A stretch of 64,000 nucleotides of DNA from a virus, in the IMG/VR virus record IMGVR_UViG_3300035698_016083, positions 3,248-67,247 of that record; one strand, 5' to 3'. Positions 38,180 to 48,589 of this stretch are shown here, in pieces. The translations under genes and the position numbers were made by a program. Position 1 is the first letter of the stretch. Every line of letters begins with the position of its first letter. A model generated the notes under the pieces. It made no database searches. It was not told the DNA's origin and saw only the letters and a list, made by a program, of their open reading frames with translations.

Positions 38180-39033
38180 AAGAAATCCCCAAATCTTTTA
38201 TTAATTACATGATACATCTTAGCATATTTATCATAATTTTTACCAACGACAACACAATGCCAATCCCTTCCAATATAGTCTATTGGAACCCCCTTTGTCA
38301 CAATGTTGTATGCGAAGATTGTTTCGTTGTCATAATTAAACACCCTTTGAATATTTTTAGGGTACATTGAATCGGGATCTTCTTTAAGATTTGTCATTAA
38401 TTTTATAACATCGTCGAAGTTTTCGAAGTAATCTAACTGTTTAATAACGGCAGACGAGGCTACCATAATCCCAGTATTAAATACATCAGTATCAGGATCA
38501 TACCCCTCTTCTAATAACATAGCATGGGCATTCCAATATTTGGTTGCTGGATTTCTTATACATGTATTATACCATTTATGTTCAATGGTTTTACCCCAAA
38601 TAGCCTCAGAATTATTTTCAGCTATAGCAAATTTATCCTTATCAAATGCATCGAATATATTTTCGTCGGTGTGTGGGATTACATCGAAGTCTAAATAACA
38701 AACGTTGTCATATAATGATGAAAGGGAATACATTAAATAATGCTTGTAAAAATTAACAATGTCATACACAGAGATCTGTGGATACATATTCTGGAATTTG
38801 AGTTTATATACCTGGAATTCTCGATCACCAAATAATCTATAATCAGCTCCTATACCGGTCGCGTAAAAGGATTGTTCAGCCGCAAGACTAGTGAAATATT
38901 TTTTAAATGATTCTTTTGCAATCGTGCTTTTTTTGCTTTTTTTCTGTAGCCCGGTTTTATTACTGAACCCTCCCGGGTTATCTAATTCCTCTTCTGGGAT
39001 TTCAACATATACACTAAAAATTATATTTTTCAT
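38176..39033 (-). CDS. GT8-like nucleotide-diphospho-sugar transferase
   Basis: YK.YLM, YLDFDVI (DxD), FNTGIMV, DNET and a C-terminal His. Confidence 0.75.
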   Translation of the reverse strand: MKNIIFSVYVEIPEEELDNPGGFSNKTGLQKKSKKSTIAKESFKKYFTSLAAEQSFYATGIGADYRLFGDREFQVYKLKFQNMYPQISVYDIVNFYKHYLMYSLSSLYDNVCYLDFDVIPHTDENIFDAFDKDKFAIAENNSEAIWGKTIEHKWYNTCIRNPATKYWNAHAMLLEEGYDPDTDVFNTGIMVASSAVIKQLDYFENFDDVIKLMTNLKEDPDSMYPKNIQRVFNYDNETIFAYNIVTKGVPIDYIGRDWHCVVVGKNYDKYAKMYHVINKRFGDFF

Positions 39034-39698
39034 TATTGACCTATTATCATGAATCGTTTAAAATCACCAAGATCTAGTTCACCCTTATACGCGATCCAAT
39101 TCTTAGGTAAACACGGTTTAATATATTCTACAAATTCATCTAATGATTCCGAGCAATTTATATGAGAAGGGAGATCAAAAAAATTATTTGATTGTAATGC
39201 TATGAGAGCATCCGGATCTTTAGAAGCAACCCATGTGCAAAGATCCTCTCTGTCTATGTGTTCACAACTTGTAGAAATTACCAATCTGCTATCAAGAACA
39301 TCATCATTTTTTAATGAGTCCTCAGTCTTAAATTGTAAATCTTCATTGGGAAATAATTTCTCGCCAAAATATTCTGCCATTGGGTCTATGTCAGAAGTAA
39401 TAATATGAATTTCATTTGAAGGGTATTTTTCTCTAAATAAATGTGCGAGTAATCCATACCATCCGCCTGCGATAAATATTTTTCTATATTCGTCTGTGTC
39501 AGGATATAATTTAGTGTAGATTTTATGAAGCTCGTCTACAAGCCATTGTTTACTTTCCCAATGATTTTTATCGAGGGAATGTATAATATCTTTTATTCTG
39601 TAAAGATCATTTTGACCGTACATTGACTCATCATAAATTTCTTCGATAATTTTAAGACTTCTATAATATATTTGCTCTTTCAAAATCACATTCCTCAT
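39033..39698 (-). CDS. Class I SAM-dependent methyltransferase-like protein
   Basis: SKQWL, IFIAGGWYG (motif I), SDIDP (motif II), ISTSCEH and LQSNN. Confidence 0.75.
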   Translation of the reverse strand: MRNVILKEQIYYRSLKIIEEIYDESMYGQNDLYRIKDIIHSLDKNHWESKQWLVDELHKIYTKLYPDTDEYRKIFIAGGWYGLLAHLFREKYPSNEIHIITSDIDPMAEYFGEKLFPNEDLQFKTEDSLKNDDVLDSRLVISTSCEHIDREDLCTWVASKDPDALIALQSNNFFDLPSHINCSESLDEFVEYIKPCLPKNWIAYKGELDLGDFKRFMIIGQ

Positions 39699-40296
39699 AA
39701 GTTATTACAATTGCTTCTTTACTGTTATCCTCGAACATATACGAGAGTATATAATCAGTATTAAAAGTGTCGTATTCAAAATTCTCGTGTACTAAATATC
39801 TATCTATCCCAACATATTTTCGAAGAAAATAATCCCGCTGCCCCGAATTTATAAACCAATCCCATATTTCATGTATGTCTGGGTTATCAGCATCCCACGC
39901 CATGACTGAAGAATTAATTCTTACATCATAATTTGTGGGTCTGTCGTAAATTTTAGAATCTTTCCAATGACAATCTATTAGTGTTAATTTACTGAAATCA
40001 TATTCCATCGTGAATGGATCACCAATTATCTTTGTATCAATATCAAAATAAAGTGTATCACCTTCAAGAGGAAAATTCTTATCAAACATCGCAAGCTTAT
40101 TCCACCAAACTTTAAGAGCAGGTTTAGTTGGAATAGGGATTACGGTTATATCTGGGTCGAGTCCGATAGGATCGTCGGTGTAGCAAAAATAATCTGCCTG
40201 ATCAATAATCTCCTCATGCGCGCGTATGTCGCGATATAGATTATTAACCTGTTTACTGGAATACTTTGTACCCCATTTTACAAAAATTATATTCAT
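39661..40296 (-). CDS. GT-A fold glycosyltransferase-like protein
   Basis: VKWGTKY, FCYTDD, WWNKL.MF, LYFDID (DxD) and INSSVM. Confidence 0.78.
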   Translation of the reverse strand: MNIIFVKWGTKYSSKQVNNLYRDIRAHEEIIDQADYFCYTDDPIGLDPDITVIPIPTKPALKVWWNKLAMFDKNFPLEGDTLYFDIDTKIIGDPFTMEYDFSKLTLIDCHWKDSKIYDRPTNYDVRINSSVMAWDADNPDIHEIWDWFINSGQRDYFLRKYVGIDRYLVHENFEYDTFNTDYILSYMFEDNSKEAIVITYEECDFERANIL

Positions 40297-40808
40297 TTTT
40301 TATATACTATCATCATTAAAGTTAATCGTGGTTCAATACTATCTATAGAGGAACCAAAATCGTGCCAAGTTTCATCTGTTCTTTTAAATACAAATGCGCG
40401 ATTTGTTTTCCACTCTGATGACTTTACTAACGAATTTTTATTTTTACTTTTATACATTCTAGTACCGTCTCCTGTTTCAGAAACATATAAAATGCAGGTT
40501 AAAAGTTTTCGTCCATCATCACAATGAATTTTATTATGTTCATATCCGGGCTGAGCGCCAGCAAATTCTAAATCACAAGTGTGTATTTTTTCATCGTATT
40601 CTATATCAAATAATTTTAATATCTCTAAATGTTTAGAGATACATTTTTTATAAAGTTTTGATTGTGGATCAAAATGTATTGAGGTCCGGTTTCTATGATT
40701 CAATTCAATTTTTTTTAAATGATATTGGATGTACGTAAAATCTTCTTCAGAAAAAGTATCATCTATTATCCAATAATCCCAAGGATCTGAATAGTGTGTA
40801 ATATCCAT
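40293..40808 (-). CDS. 2OG-Fe(II) oxygenase (prolyl-hydroxylase-like)
   Basis: IHCD (HxD)...ILYV...GT..Y...W..NRAFVF...TWH...R facial-triad pattern. Confidence 0.8.
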   Translation of the reverse strand: MDITHYSDPWDYWIIDDTFSEEDFTYIQYHLKKIELNHRNRTSIHFDPQSKLYKKCISKHLEILKLFDIEYDEKIHTCDLEFAGAQPGYEHNKIHCDDGRKLLTCILYVSETGDGTRMYKSKNKNSLVKSSEWKTNRAFVFKRTDETWHDFGSSIDSIEPRLTLMMIVYKK

Positions 40809-41315
40809 TTAATCTTTCGATTTATAAATCCCATTTAATTGTGAAATTAATTCTAACATACTCTTACATTTACGTATTGACATTTTTAAGTTTCTGTCTT
40901 TAGAATTTTTTATTTCATCAATTTCAAATATAGCCAATTTTGTTTTAAATATTACTTCTTCATTGTCGTTTGATTCAAGTATTACTTTCAAAAGTTCACT
41001 TGTTGGGATTTCTGCCTCAATCATGTCTTTTTGACGAGCTGCAAATTTATCTTTAACTTTTGCGACTTCGTCAGCAGCATGCCATTTTATAATATTTTTG
41101 TATGCTTGACTTTGCTCTTTATTATAACTTTTGGTAAATTCTTGGATTCGTTCAAGATCCCATCCAGCCTTTTCAAGATCTATAAAATCGGGGTGTTCAA
41201 AATCCACCTCTATATACATTGGGACTAATATTCCGTCTTCGTCGTATACAATCTCAATTGTATCATAAGTTTCATTAGTAAAACGAGCTGAATGTATTTT
41301 ATCAGTAAATTTCAT
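40809..41315 (-). CDS. Hypothetical protein, possibly a fibre chaperone
   Basis: Coupled ORF between the structural genes and the modification cassette. Confidence 0.6.
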   Translation of the reverse strand: MKFTDKIHSARFTNETYDTIEIVYDEDGILVPMYIEVDFEHPDFIDLEKAGWDLERIQEFTKSYNKEQSQAYKNIIKWHAADEVAKVKDKFAARQKDMIEAEIPTSELLKVILESNDNEEVIFKTKLAIFEIDEIKNSKDRNLKMSIRKCKSMLELISQLNGIYKSKD

Positions 41316-41316
41316 A

Positions 41317-42237
41317 TTATGTTTGTCCTATTTTTAGATAAGTTGTTGATACTGTCGGCGCAGTACCGTTTGGGAATTCTTGCGCGCGATAATCGTCTGT
41401 ACCAACATATCGGGTTGTATAATTACCTGAACCGTTTAATTTGGTGTTAGCCATACCGGAACCCCTATTTGTACCGGTAGATTGAGAATATGTTATTTTA
41501 GAACCAGAAGTATTTTTAGCAGTATCTCTTATTGAATCAGCTAATGCTGTTCCTATTTCAGCACTACTATATTGACGAAGATCATTTGATCCATCTATAT
41601 ATAATGGAATAGGAATTGTTCCCGCTGCGGCGGGGTCAACGACATGTAAATAATAAGATGTGTTAGTAAGGGGTTGGTCTAGTGTTTCTGGTATACCCCC
41701 TGATGTATATAAAGCGGTATTAGCTTGCGTATCAATAAAAACCGGTGTACCGGATACTAGAGTTGCGCCACCTACTGAACTTGAAGTACTAATAAAATAA
41801 GTTCCGGCTTGTTGGTCTGTAGTAGAACCTGAACATAATGTATCAATTGCATCTAATGCAAATGTATCTCTCATGTCAGCAGCACTCATAGCCTGAATAT
41901 CATTAGAACCGTCAAAATATACCGGGTTTACTTTATTACCAACATCCGGAGAAGTGGTTGCCTCGTATGCAGGAAGAATTTTATTATAATTAACAGTAAC
42001 CGTTGACGGTTCAGCGGTAGTTGCCTCTGATGGATAAGTTGTCGTCCCGCTAGAATATGCTCCAGCTTGAAGTCTGGTATCTGCAATGATACCTAGAGAT
42101 CCACTACCAACAGAGAGTAGTGATGATGGATTCAATCCATATTGTCTAATCATTTCAATTTTAAGATTAGCAATGTCTGTTGAAGACATTTCTTTTAGAT
42201 CAGTTCCGTCTAATTTTAGAGGAGTTCTTACGGCCAT
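41317..42237 (-). CDS. Virion structural protein with three internal repeats
   Basis: TPLKLDGTDLKEMSS / NPVYFDGSNDIQAMSA / IPLYIDGSNDLRQYSS; C-terminal YRAQEFPNG. Confidence 0.7.
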   Translation of the reverse strand: MAVRTPLKLDGTDLKEMSSTDIANLKIEMIRQYGLNPSSLLSVGSGSLGIIADTRLQAGAYSSGTTTYPSEATTAEPSTVTVNYNKILPAYEATTSPDVGNKVNPVYFDGSNDIQAMSAADMRDTFALDAIDTLCSGSTTDQQAGTYFISTSSSVGGATLVSGTPVFIDTQANTALYTSGGIPETLDQPLTNTSYYLHVVDPAAAGTIPIPLYIDGSNDLRQYSSAEIGTALADSIRDTAKNTSGSKITYSQSTGTNRGSGMANTKLNGSGNYTTRYVGTDDYRAQEFPNGTAPTVSTTYLKIGQT

Positions 42238-42239
42238 TA

Positions 42240-43202
42240 TTAAGCACCTGCAGTATACATGGTTTTCAGCGTAGATCCAGCTGAATTTTTTATGAGAAGT
42301 GTTTGAACAGTATCAAGTTCTGCGGAACCTACTGCATCATCAGCGATTTTAATCTGAGAGACAGCGTTTGTCCCTATTTTATCGATAGTGACAGAACCAT
42401 CATTAATTTTATTCTCTGTCACCGCATTCGTATTTATCTGTCCTTCGGAGACGCCAAGAGCTTTAATTGTGACCGCTCCCGAAGATACCGAGAAGTCGGC
42501 AGTCGCAAATGATGCGATACCTTTATTCGATGTGGTTGCATTTTCACCTGCAATCGTAACGGTATTGTTTGTTATAGTCGTATCAACACCTTCACCACCG
42601 GTGAACGCTAATGTGTCAGTTCCTACTATAACATCATCCGTACCTGTATCACCAGAAAGAGAAAGCGTTGAGGAAGTTGCGGCGGTAGTGACCAAGGTAA
42701 TACGACCTTGTTGGTCGACGGTGATAACTGGGATTGAGCTTGCTGAACCATATACTGCAGGGGTTACTGCAGTATCTTGTAATTTAGCAGGAGATATGGA
42801 ATTAGCGAGAATGTTATCACTATCAACAGCATTTGCAGAGAGAGTCGTTGATAGAATAACATTACCTGTTCCATCAAACCCTACTATCGACGCGGTGACA
42901 TCGCCCGTTATACTAAAATCTCTAGACGTTGCTAAGGCTGTTGCTGTATCCGCATTACCCGTTACGTCACCCGTTACATTTCCGATTAAAGATCCAGTTA
43001 GAATCCCAAAAAATCCACTATCTGCTGTAACAGAATTAACGAGAAGATCTACTTCAGAACCTAAAGTGGAGTTGAAGGCGTCAACAAGATTTGAATCCCC
43101 TCCGATAAGAAGACTGATGTCACCAAAATCGTCTGATAGTTCATTAAATTTACCTATCAGACCTTCGATTGAGGTGTTTACGCTTGTTTTAACTTTTGCC
43201 AT
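42240..43202 (-). CDS. Tail fibre-like protein
   Basis: GNVTGDVTGNADTATAL, YGS...IPVITVDQQGRIT and AVT..KI repeats. Confidence 0.75.
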   Translation of the reverse strand: MAKVKTSVNTSIEGLIGKFNELSDDFGDISLLIGGDSNLVDAFNSTLGSEVDLLVNSVTADSGFFGILTGSLIGNVTGDVTGNADTATALATSRDFSITGDVTASIVGFDGTGNVILSTTLSANAVDSDNILANSISPAKLQDTAVTPAVYGSASSIPVITVDQQGRITLVTTAATSSTLSLSGDTGTDDVIVGTDTLAFTGGEGVDTTITNNTVTIAGENATTSNKGIASFATADFSVSSGAVTIKALGVSEGQINTNAVTENKINDGSVTIDKIGTNAVSQIKIADDAVGSAELDTVQTLLIKNSAGSTLKTMYTAGA

Positions 43203-43422
43203 TATTGTTCTCGACTATTTTGAGTAAGAGTGATTTAATTTCTACCATATCTTTTGACAGATTTTCAACCTTGTCTTTAAGATTCCGGTCTTCTTCAAAT
43301 TTCTTTTTTCTTCTTACCTTAGCTTCTTTTGCAGCTCTAATTTCACTTGTATTTATATTGATTATCGCGCCCGATTTAGCTCTCGCTAAATTCGGGCTAG
43401 ATTTTACTTTTACTAATTCCAT
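43189..43422 (-). CDS. Small conserved protein downstream of the VrlC-like gene
   Basis: VKVKS.PNLAR..SGAIIN...EIKSLL pattern. Confidence 0.7.
   Translation of the reverse strand: MELVKVKSSPNLARAKSGAIININTSEIRAAKEAKVRRKKKFEEDRNLKDKVENLSKDMVEIKSLLLKIVENNNGKS
43350..43357 (-). promoter_or_regulatory. Candidate internal late promoter for 43202-37454 (fibre genes plus modification cassette)
   Basis: Exact TATAAATA inside the small ORF, about 150 nt upstream of the ATG at 43202. Confidence 0.45.
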
Positions 43423-46400
43423 TAAACGCTCAGTGCGATAACTCTAAGATCTCTGAACATTGGTACTTTAGATGAATTAGAAGATTTCATAACAATCTTA
43501 ATTTGGAACGTTGTGAATGGGGATAGATAACCTCCAGGTCCACCTATTGTATATCTATATTCTCTAAAGACATTATTCTCGTCACTCTGAACAATATTGT
43601 CTAATACTGCAAGTACCCAATCTGTTGTTGAAAGCTCACCTTCATCAATAGCTTTATAATATACGTCGAAGTTAGCCGCGTTCGGTCTTGTTGCCGCTAA
43701 TATTACTTTAAGACCAACAGCATCTTCAGATAATGAGACGGGGACTGTAACATATTTAGAAGCGGCCGCACCCGAGCTGTGATGTGTTTCATCTACATAA
43801 GTTAATGGAACATTATATCCAGTAGTTGGTGACCCGATAGGGTTATCAATCATATTTGATATTGTTGTTAATGAAGCTCTGTTCATATGTATCATTGGTG
43901 ACACTGCTGAGTTACCAGTAACCATATCAATTTTAACTGATGCAGATCTCACACCCCCACCTAATTCTGAAGTTTCAATTGATGGTGAAGCAATAACTCT
44001 AGGTGCATCAAAATGGTAATCTGATAATTTATTCAGATACGTATCATATGAAGTATCCTTTGAATAAGGTGTTTCAGATCCAGCATAGCTTTTACCCGTT
44101 AGGAATTTAGCTGATAATGATGTATTAGTTGAGTTAGGAATAAACGTTTCAATTGAAGGTATTACAACGTCCATTAACATATTTTCAGATGCTATAGCTG
44201 TATCACCCCCGCCGCGCGCGTCAGATATAGCCGAGGAATCCCCAGCAAATCTATAACCAGTAACGTCCTGAGAGGTAATCGTTCTAGCACCCATAATACT
44301 TGTTCCTAGAATACCACCAATAGTTCCTGAACTATCTAGTCCAGCAATATTAACAATATCGTTTACGAACATACCGTGATTAGGATGAATTATTCTTACA
44401 CTTGAACTACCACTATCTAGTAGAACTGGATCTGCAGGTAGAAGTCTTATAGGAACATCTGCATTTTCAAGTACAGCAAAGCCGCCAGCAGTATCAAAAT
44501 CTGCAGAATAAACCTGATATTTTAAATCCTGTAGCTGTGAAGGTTCCCATACTGATCCATTCTGAGATTTATAGAATGACCCCATAGAAGGTTGTTTAGT
44601 AATTTTAACCTCTGTTGAGCCTAATACGAAATCACCAAGCGTAGCAATAAATACATTATAGCTATTACACTGTGATAAAAATACCACAGCATATTCTGTT
44701 TGTGGATCTAGATATATTGGGGAGTCTAATTCAAAGTCTGTAACCGCAGTACCATCAGAAGATATATTAACGTCTCCTGGGTACAAGAATTTAATACCGT
44801 TTCTAACAGCTTCTGTTGCAGAAGGATATCCATTTACCATAGGACGTATCTGACATTGTACAGGTATTGAAGCATCTTTACTAGAGAAGTAAGCTCTAAT
44901 TTTTGTGATGTAAGCACCTGATATTGTGTCAACGTAAAATGATTGTGCAATAGGTTCATAACGTCTTAGTGCAACAGTACGTGATACGGTTATTGTTGTT
45001 CTTTCTTCAACACCGATCGCTGTATATTCTGCCGCTGCTTGAGATGAAGCCTCTGCTGTATTTGGAATACTAATATCGAAGAGAGCAAATTCTCTTATTC
45101 CTGTTGCAAATCTGTTGTTTGCATTATTTGGAATAAAGAATGAACCTTCTATTTTACCGTTCGCGTCACTCGTAAGAGTAGTTGAACCACCTGGATGGGA
45201 GGTTAATACTCTAGAAACATTTTCTGTAGGTAGAGTAGAGAATCTCTGGAAAGTTTCTGAAGGGGCAGATATACCACCGCGTACCCAATCACTTACATCT
45301 TTACCGTCAAAGAACGGGAAGTGACGTGAATTAGGTAGTAGACCTTCTGCTTTAAATCTAACTCTACGTGATCTAATGAATGGAATGGTTACGGTTGAGG
45401 TGGTTCTACTTGTCTCACTCGATCTTAAATCAACAGCAATACGCTTAAGAGCATATTGGAAATCGTTTTTAAGACTACCTGAAATAGAATTTATTCCCAT
45501 TGAATTCAAGAATGTGTTACTTTGATAAGAGGAGGTTCTACCGATACGACCAGCGTTATCTATTAGTCCCTGAGAACCCCACCATCCCCAATCCCACTGT
45601 CTCCAGTTAGGATCAACGCGCTCGAATGTTGTGATGAATCTAGAAGGATCTAGTACATTCAAGCTGTCGAATGCAGGATTAGTGGAACCGGTAATTAAAC
45701 CAGTGTTACCACGTTGTTCGCTGTTAACGAATTCTGCTGCACCGCCGTTGATTACGACAGGATTTGTTACAACGTCTTTCCATTCATCTGTTGATGGGGA
45801 AAGTACCATAGTACCAATAAAGTTTACTAGATTGAATGGGTTAACATTCTCTGTACCAGAAGCCTGTGGTTGATTAAGGAATAATATTTCGTCATATTTG
45901 ACATAAACGTTATCACCTTTTACAATGGTGTTAGAAGAAAGATCTGAATCATAAATTAATTTAATATTCTTTTCTCTAAATGATGGGCGAAGAACACCTT
46001 CAGTTATATCCATAGACGCTTTATATTCACCTGAGCTCATGTCTGAGGTTAAGTGATTAGTAAAGTTGTCTGTTAGGAATCCTGATTTGGTTCTATTAAG
46101 TCCTGATGAATCCAACACGTCTATTGTAGACGCTTCAAGATCCAGCATGCTCAATACAGCATATTCTTCTACCTTGTCGACTCTCTTTTCTAGTCGACCT
46201 ATATCTCTCATTGTATATCTTTTGTTTTCAATATAATTAATACTTGCTTCTGTTGCATCTAGAGTATAAGCATTAATGGATACTGAATATAGACCCATTG
46301 CATCCTTTGGGATGTCAGGGAATATAGGGTTCGTTGACGAAACACCTTCTAGATATTCAAGTTCATTATTATCTTTTAGAATTAAATAGTCTCTGCGAGG

Positions 46401-48581
46401 CATGTAATAAGATGCATCAGCTGTAATAAGATCTGTATTCTGAGGTAATTCATTAACTCGAGCAGTCGCAGCAGAGTATCCTGCGCCGGTATCGTCCTGG
46501 CGAGGTCTGAAGTCGAATACATTTCTGAGTGCTGTTACCGATCCATCCGCAAGTTTGTGATTTGGTATGTCTGAATAATCAATCTGACCGTCATAAGAAG
46601 TCTTATTAAAGAAATCCCCGACGGAGCTGTGTGCGAAATATTCAAATCTAGTGAACACGTTTCCTACTGGTGCTGTCTGTGATGCACCAAGAACCATACG
46701 ACCAATGCCGTAATAGTTATCTCTTTGTCCATTGTCAAGATAGAATTTAGAAGATACGTCTGTACCATCACTATCAACAAGGGTTGTTCTTAAAACGGAG
46801 TAGATATCTGCTTTACCAAGATCTAAAAATTCAAGTCCATTACCATCAGAGTCTATAGTTGTTGTAATTGTATCTTCAGTTAGAGTTTTAACTCTAGGTG
46901 TAGGGGAGGCTTTGTTTACATAATGAGCAATACTAATATTACCACTAGTTAGACCCGTGCCTGAAATGGTTGATGATGTTGTACCAGAACCATTAATTGA
47001 TGGGGATAGAACATCACCGTCGACGTCAGATGTTACTATCCAATCTGTAGTATTGGCAAAGGTTTCTCCACCAGCAGAAAGTGTAATAGTAGCCTCGCCG
47101 GAACCATTAACCGCAGCAGTTGTTTTTCTCTGAACTGTTAATGAGATGTCTGAAATCGTCGCCGGGCGAATCTCTGGAAAATCAAATAACGTATTGTTGT
47201 TACTTGTTTCTATTAGTGCAGCCTGACTTGCAACTAGAATGAGATCTCCATAATCTATTGTTGATAGTCCTATAGATCTAGTGGATCTGAAACTAGATCC
47301 ACTATTCATATTAATATCAAATAGATACATTCTGTAACCAGCGCCGTCTTCTTCTATTGCTCGCACGCGTGCGGTACCAATAGTAGATCCACCGTGTGTT
47401 ACTGCAGATCTAAGGTTTACTAATCCAAAATCTATAAGATCTGGAAGACCAAGGAGTGTGGAAATCTCAACATAGTTACCGTAATTGGCAGGAACTACTT
47501 CATTATTTTTTATGTATGTGCTTCTTGGTTTATTAACTGTAATTCTCTGAGCTGGAAGGTCTGCACGATATCCATTAACGTAGCCTATTCCTGCTGAAAC
47601 ATTAAGCTCCAGAATACTATCGTCGCTATCGTGATCTTCAAATTTAGCAATAAATGAATTTACTGTATAGTTACCAGATTCTTCTTTTGTGCGCTCTGCA
47701 AGAATATCTAGAATTTTATTATATTCTGTTGATCCGTCATTTGTTCTAAGAACTTCACCATCAACGATACGCGCGACGTATATAAAGATCTGATCAGAAT
47801 CAACTAGATCTTCTCTTGTAAGAATTAATTGAATTCTATATCTATCCGCACCGGGTGCAGAAAGGTTAGGAACATCGCCCTGATTATCATAAAGGGATAC
47901 GTCATCTGAAGCAGTAACAATATCTTCTTGTACTCTAAATCCTACATTGATTGTAGGGTTGACTGAATACTTTTCAATAATAGTTGATTGTTCATCTGCT
48001 CGTATAAAGTGACCGTGGATAAAGAAATCACCTTCAGCAACGTGGGCTTTTGAAGCCAGACCGAAAGTAGGATTTTCTACGGTATCCGTAGTCTGAATTT
48101 CCAGTGTACCTAAACCACCACTGATAGTGATTGTCTCACCTGGTGTAAACGTGATAGACTCTTCGCCAGATACCCCGGATGAAGTGTCGCTATATCTAAC
48201 ATATAGTGTACCCGGATCGGAACCATCTACATCTAATGCTTCAAGTATAACACCTACCACTGAAGATGTATCACCTGTAGCGGTTTCACCAACTAATGTT
48301 GTGAGGTCTAGGGGTAAAGCATACGTTGTTGTGTTTAATTTCACAAATCTGTATTTGTTATCGATGTAAACGTTTGATACAGGGTTAACTGCTGCGCCAT
48401 CTTTAAATATATTTCTTCCGAATTTTTCAATTTCAGCAGAAAGTATACTCTGTATTTGATTTAATTCTCTCCCTTGAAGAGCACGTCCTGCATTAAACAA
48501 GATCTTGCTGAAGTGTTTATCGTCGGCAAAGTCGTCTTTATAGACAGTATTAAAAATGGATTTACTAAATTGAGTAGTCAT
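43422..48581 (-). CDS. Large virion structural protein (VrlC/DUF4815-like)
   Basis: YKDDF...KILF..GRALQGRELNQIQS, APGADR, ERTKEESGNY, KRYTMRDIGRLEKR, NVNPF and EPIAQSF. Confidence 0.85.
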   Translation of the reverse strand: MTTQFSKSIFNTVYKDDFADDKHFSKILFNAGRALQGRELNQIQSILSAEIEKFGRNIFKDGAAVNPVSNVYIDNKYRFVKLNTTTYALPLDLTTLVGETATGDTSSVVGVILEALDVDGSDPGTLYVRYSDTSSGVSGEESITFTPGETITISGGLGTLEIQTTDTVENPTFGLASKAHVAEGDFFIHGHFIRADEQSTIIEKYSVNPTINVGFRVQEDIVTASDDVSLYDNQGDVPNLSAPGADRYRIQLILTREDLVDSDQIFIYVARIVDGEVLRTNDGSTEYNKILDILAERTKEESGNYTVNSFIAKFEDHDSDDSILELNVSAGIGYVNGYRADLPAQRITVNKPRSTYIKNNEVVPANYGNYVEISTLLGLPDLIDFGLVNLRSAVTHGGSTIGTARVRAIEEDGAGYRMYLFDINMNSGSSFRSTRSIGLSTIDYGDLILVASQAALIETSNNNTLFDFPEIRPATISDISLTVQRKTTAAVNGSGEATITLSAGGETFANTTDWIVTSDVDGDVLSPSINGSGTTSSTISGTGLTSGNISIAHYVNKASPTPRVKTLTEDTITTTIDSDGNGLEFLDLGKADIYSVLRTTLVDSDGTDVSSKFYLDNGQRDNYYGIGRMVLGASQTAPVGNVFTRFEYFAHSSVGDFFNKTSYDGQIDYSDIPNHKLADGSVTALRNVFDFRPRQDDTGAGYSAATARVNELPQNTDLITADASYYMPRRDYLILKDNNELEYLEGVSSTNPIFPDIPKDAMGLYSVSINAYTLDATEASINYIENKRYTMRDIGRLEKRVDKVEEYAVLSMLDLEASTIDVLDSSGLNRTKSGFLTDNFTNHLTSDMSSGEYKASMDITEGVLRPSFREKNIKLIYDSDLSSNTIVKGDNVYVKYDEILFLNQPQASGTENVNPFNLVNFIGTMVLSPSTDEWKDVVTNPVVINGGAAEFVNSEQRGNTGLITGSTNPAFDSLNVLDPSRFITTFERVDPNWRQWDWGWWGSQGLIDNAGRIGRTSSYQSNTFLNSMGINSISGSLKNDFQYALKRIAVDLRSSETSRTTSTVTIPFIRSRRVRFKAEGLLPNSRHFPFFDGKDVSDWVRGGISAPSETFQRFSTLPTENVSRVLTSHPGGSTTLTSDANGKIEGSFFIPNNANNRFATGIREFALFDISIPNTAEASSQAAAEYTAIGVEERTTITVSRTVALRRYEPIAQSFYVDTISGAYITKIRAYFSSKDASIPVQCQIRPMVNGYPSATEAVRNGIKFLYPGDVNISSDGTAVTDFELDSPIYLDPQTEYAVVFLSQCNSYNVFIATLGDFVLGSTEVKITKQPSMGSFYKSQNGSVWEPSQLQDLKYQVYSADFDTAGGFAVLENADVPIRLLPADPVLLDSGSSSVRIIHPNHGMFVNDIVNIAGLDSSGTIGGILGTSIMGARTITSQDVTGYRFAGDSSAISDARGGGDTAIASENMLMDVVIPSIETFIPNSTNTSLSAKFLTGKSYAGSETPYSKDTSYDTYLNKLSDYHFDAPRVIASPSIETSELGGGVRSASVKIDMVTGNSAVSPMIHMNRASLTTISNMIDNPIGSPTTGYNVPLTYVDETHHSSGAAASKYVTVPVSLSEDAVGLKVILAATRPNAANFDVYYKAIDEGELSTTDWVLAVLDNIVQSDENNVFREYRYTIGGPGGYLSPFTTFQIKIVMKSSNSSKVPMFRDLRVIALSV

Positions 48582-48589
48582 GTTTATCC

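Noticed and set aside
37454-40808. Cassette as a DNA hypermodification pathway
   Set aside because: Not excluded but disfavoured: it is embedded in a late structural operon, and no nucleotide hydroxymethylase or kinase genes lie nearby in this window.
33900-43202. Duplicated fibre segments as a diversity-generating retroelement TR/VR pair
   Set aside because: Both copies are coding, differences are not adenine-specific, and there is no reverse transcriptase in the window.
42388-43227. Long plus-strand ORFs (279 aa here, 289 aa at 50004-50873, and many shorter ones) opposite structural genes
   Set aside because: Antisense shadows of T/S/G/V-rich genes with biased codons; no RBS, promoter or recognisable motifs.
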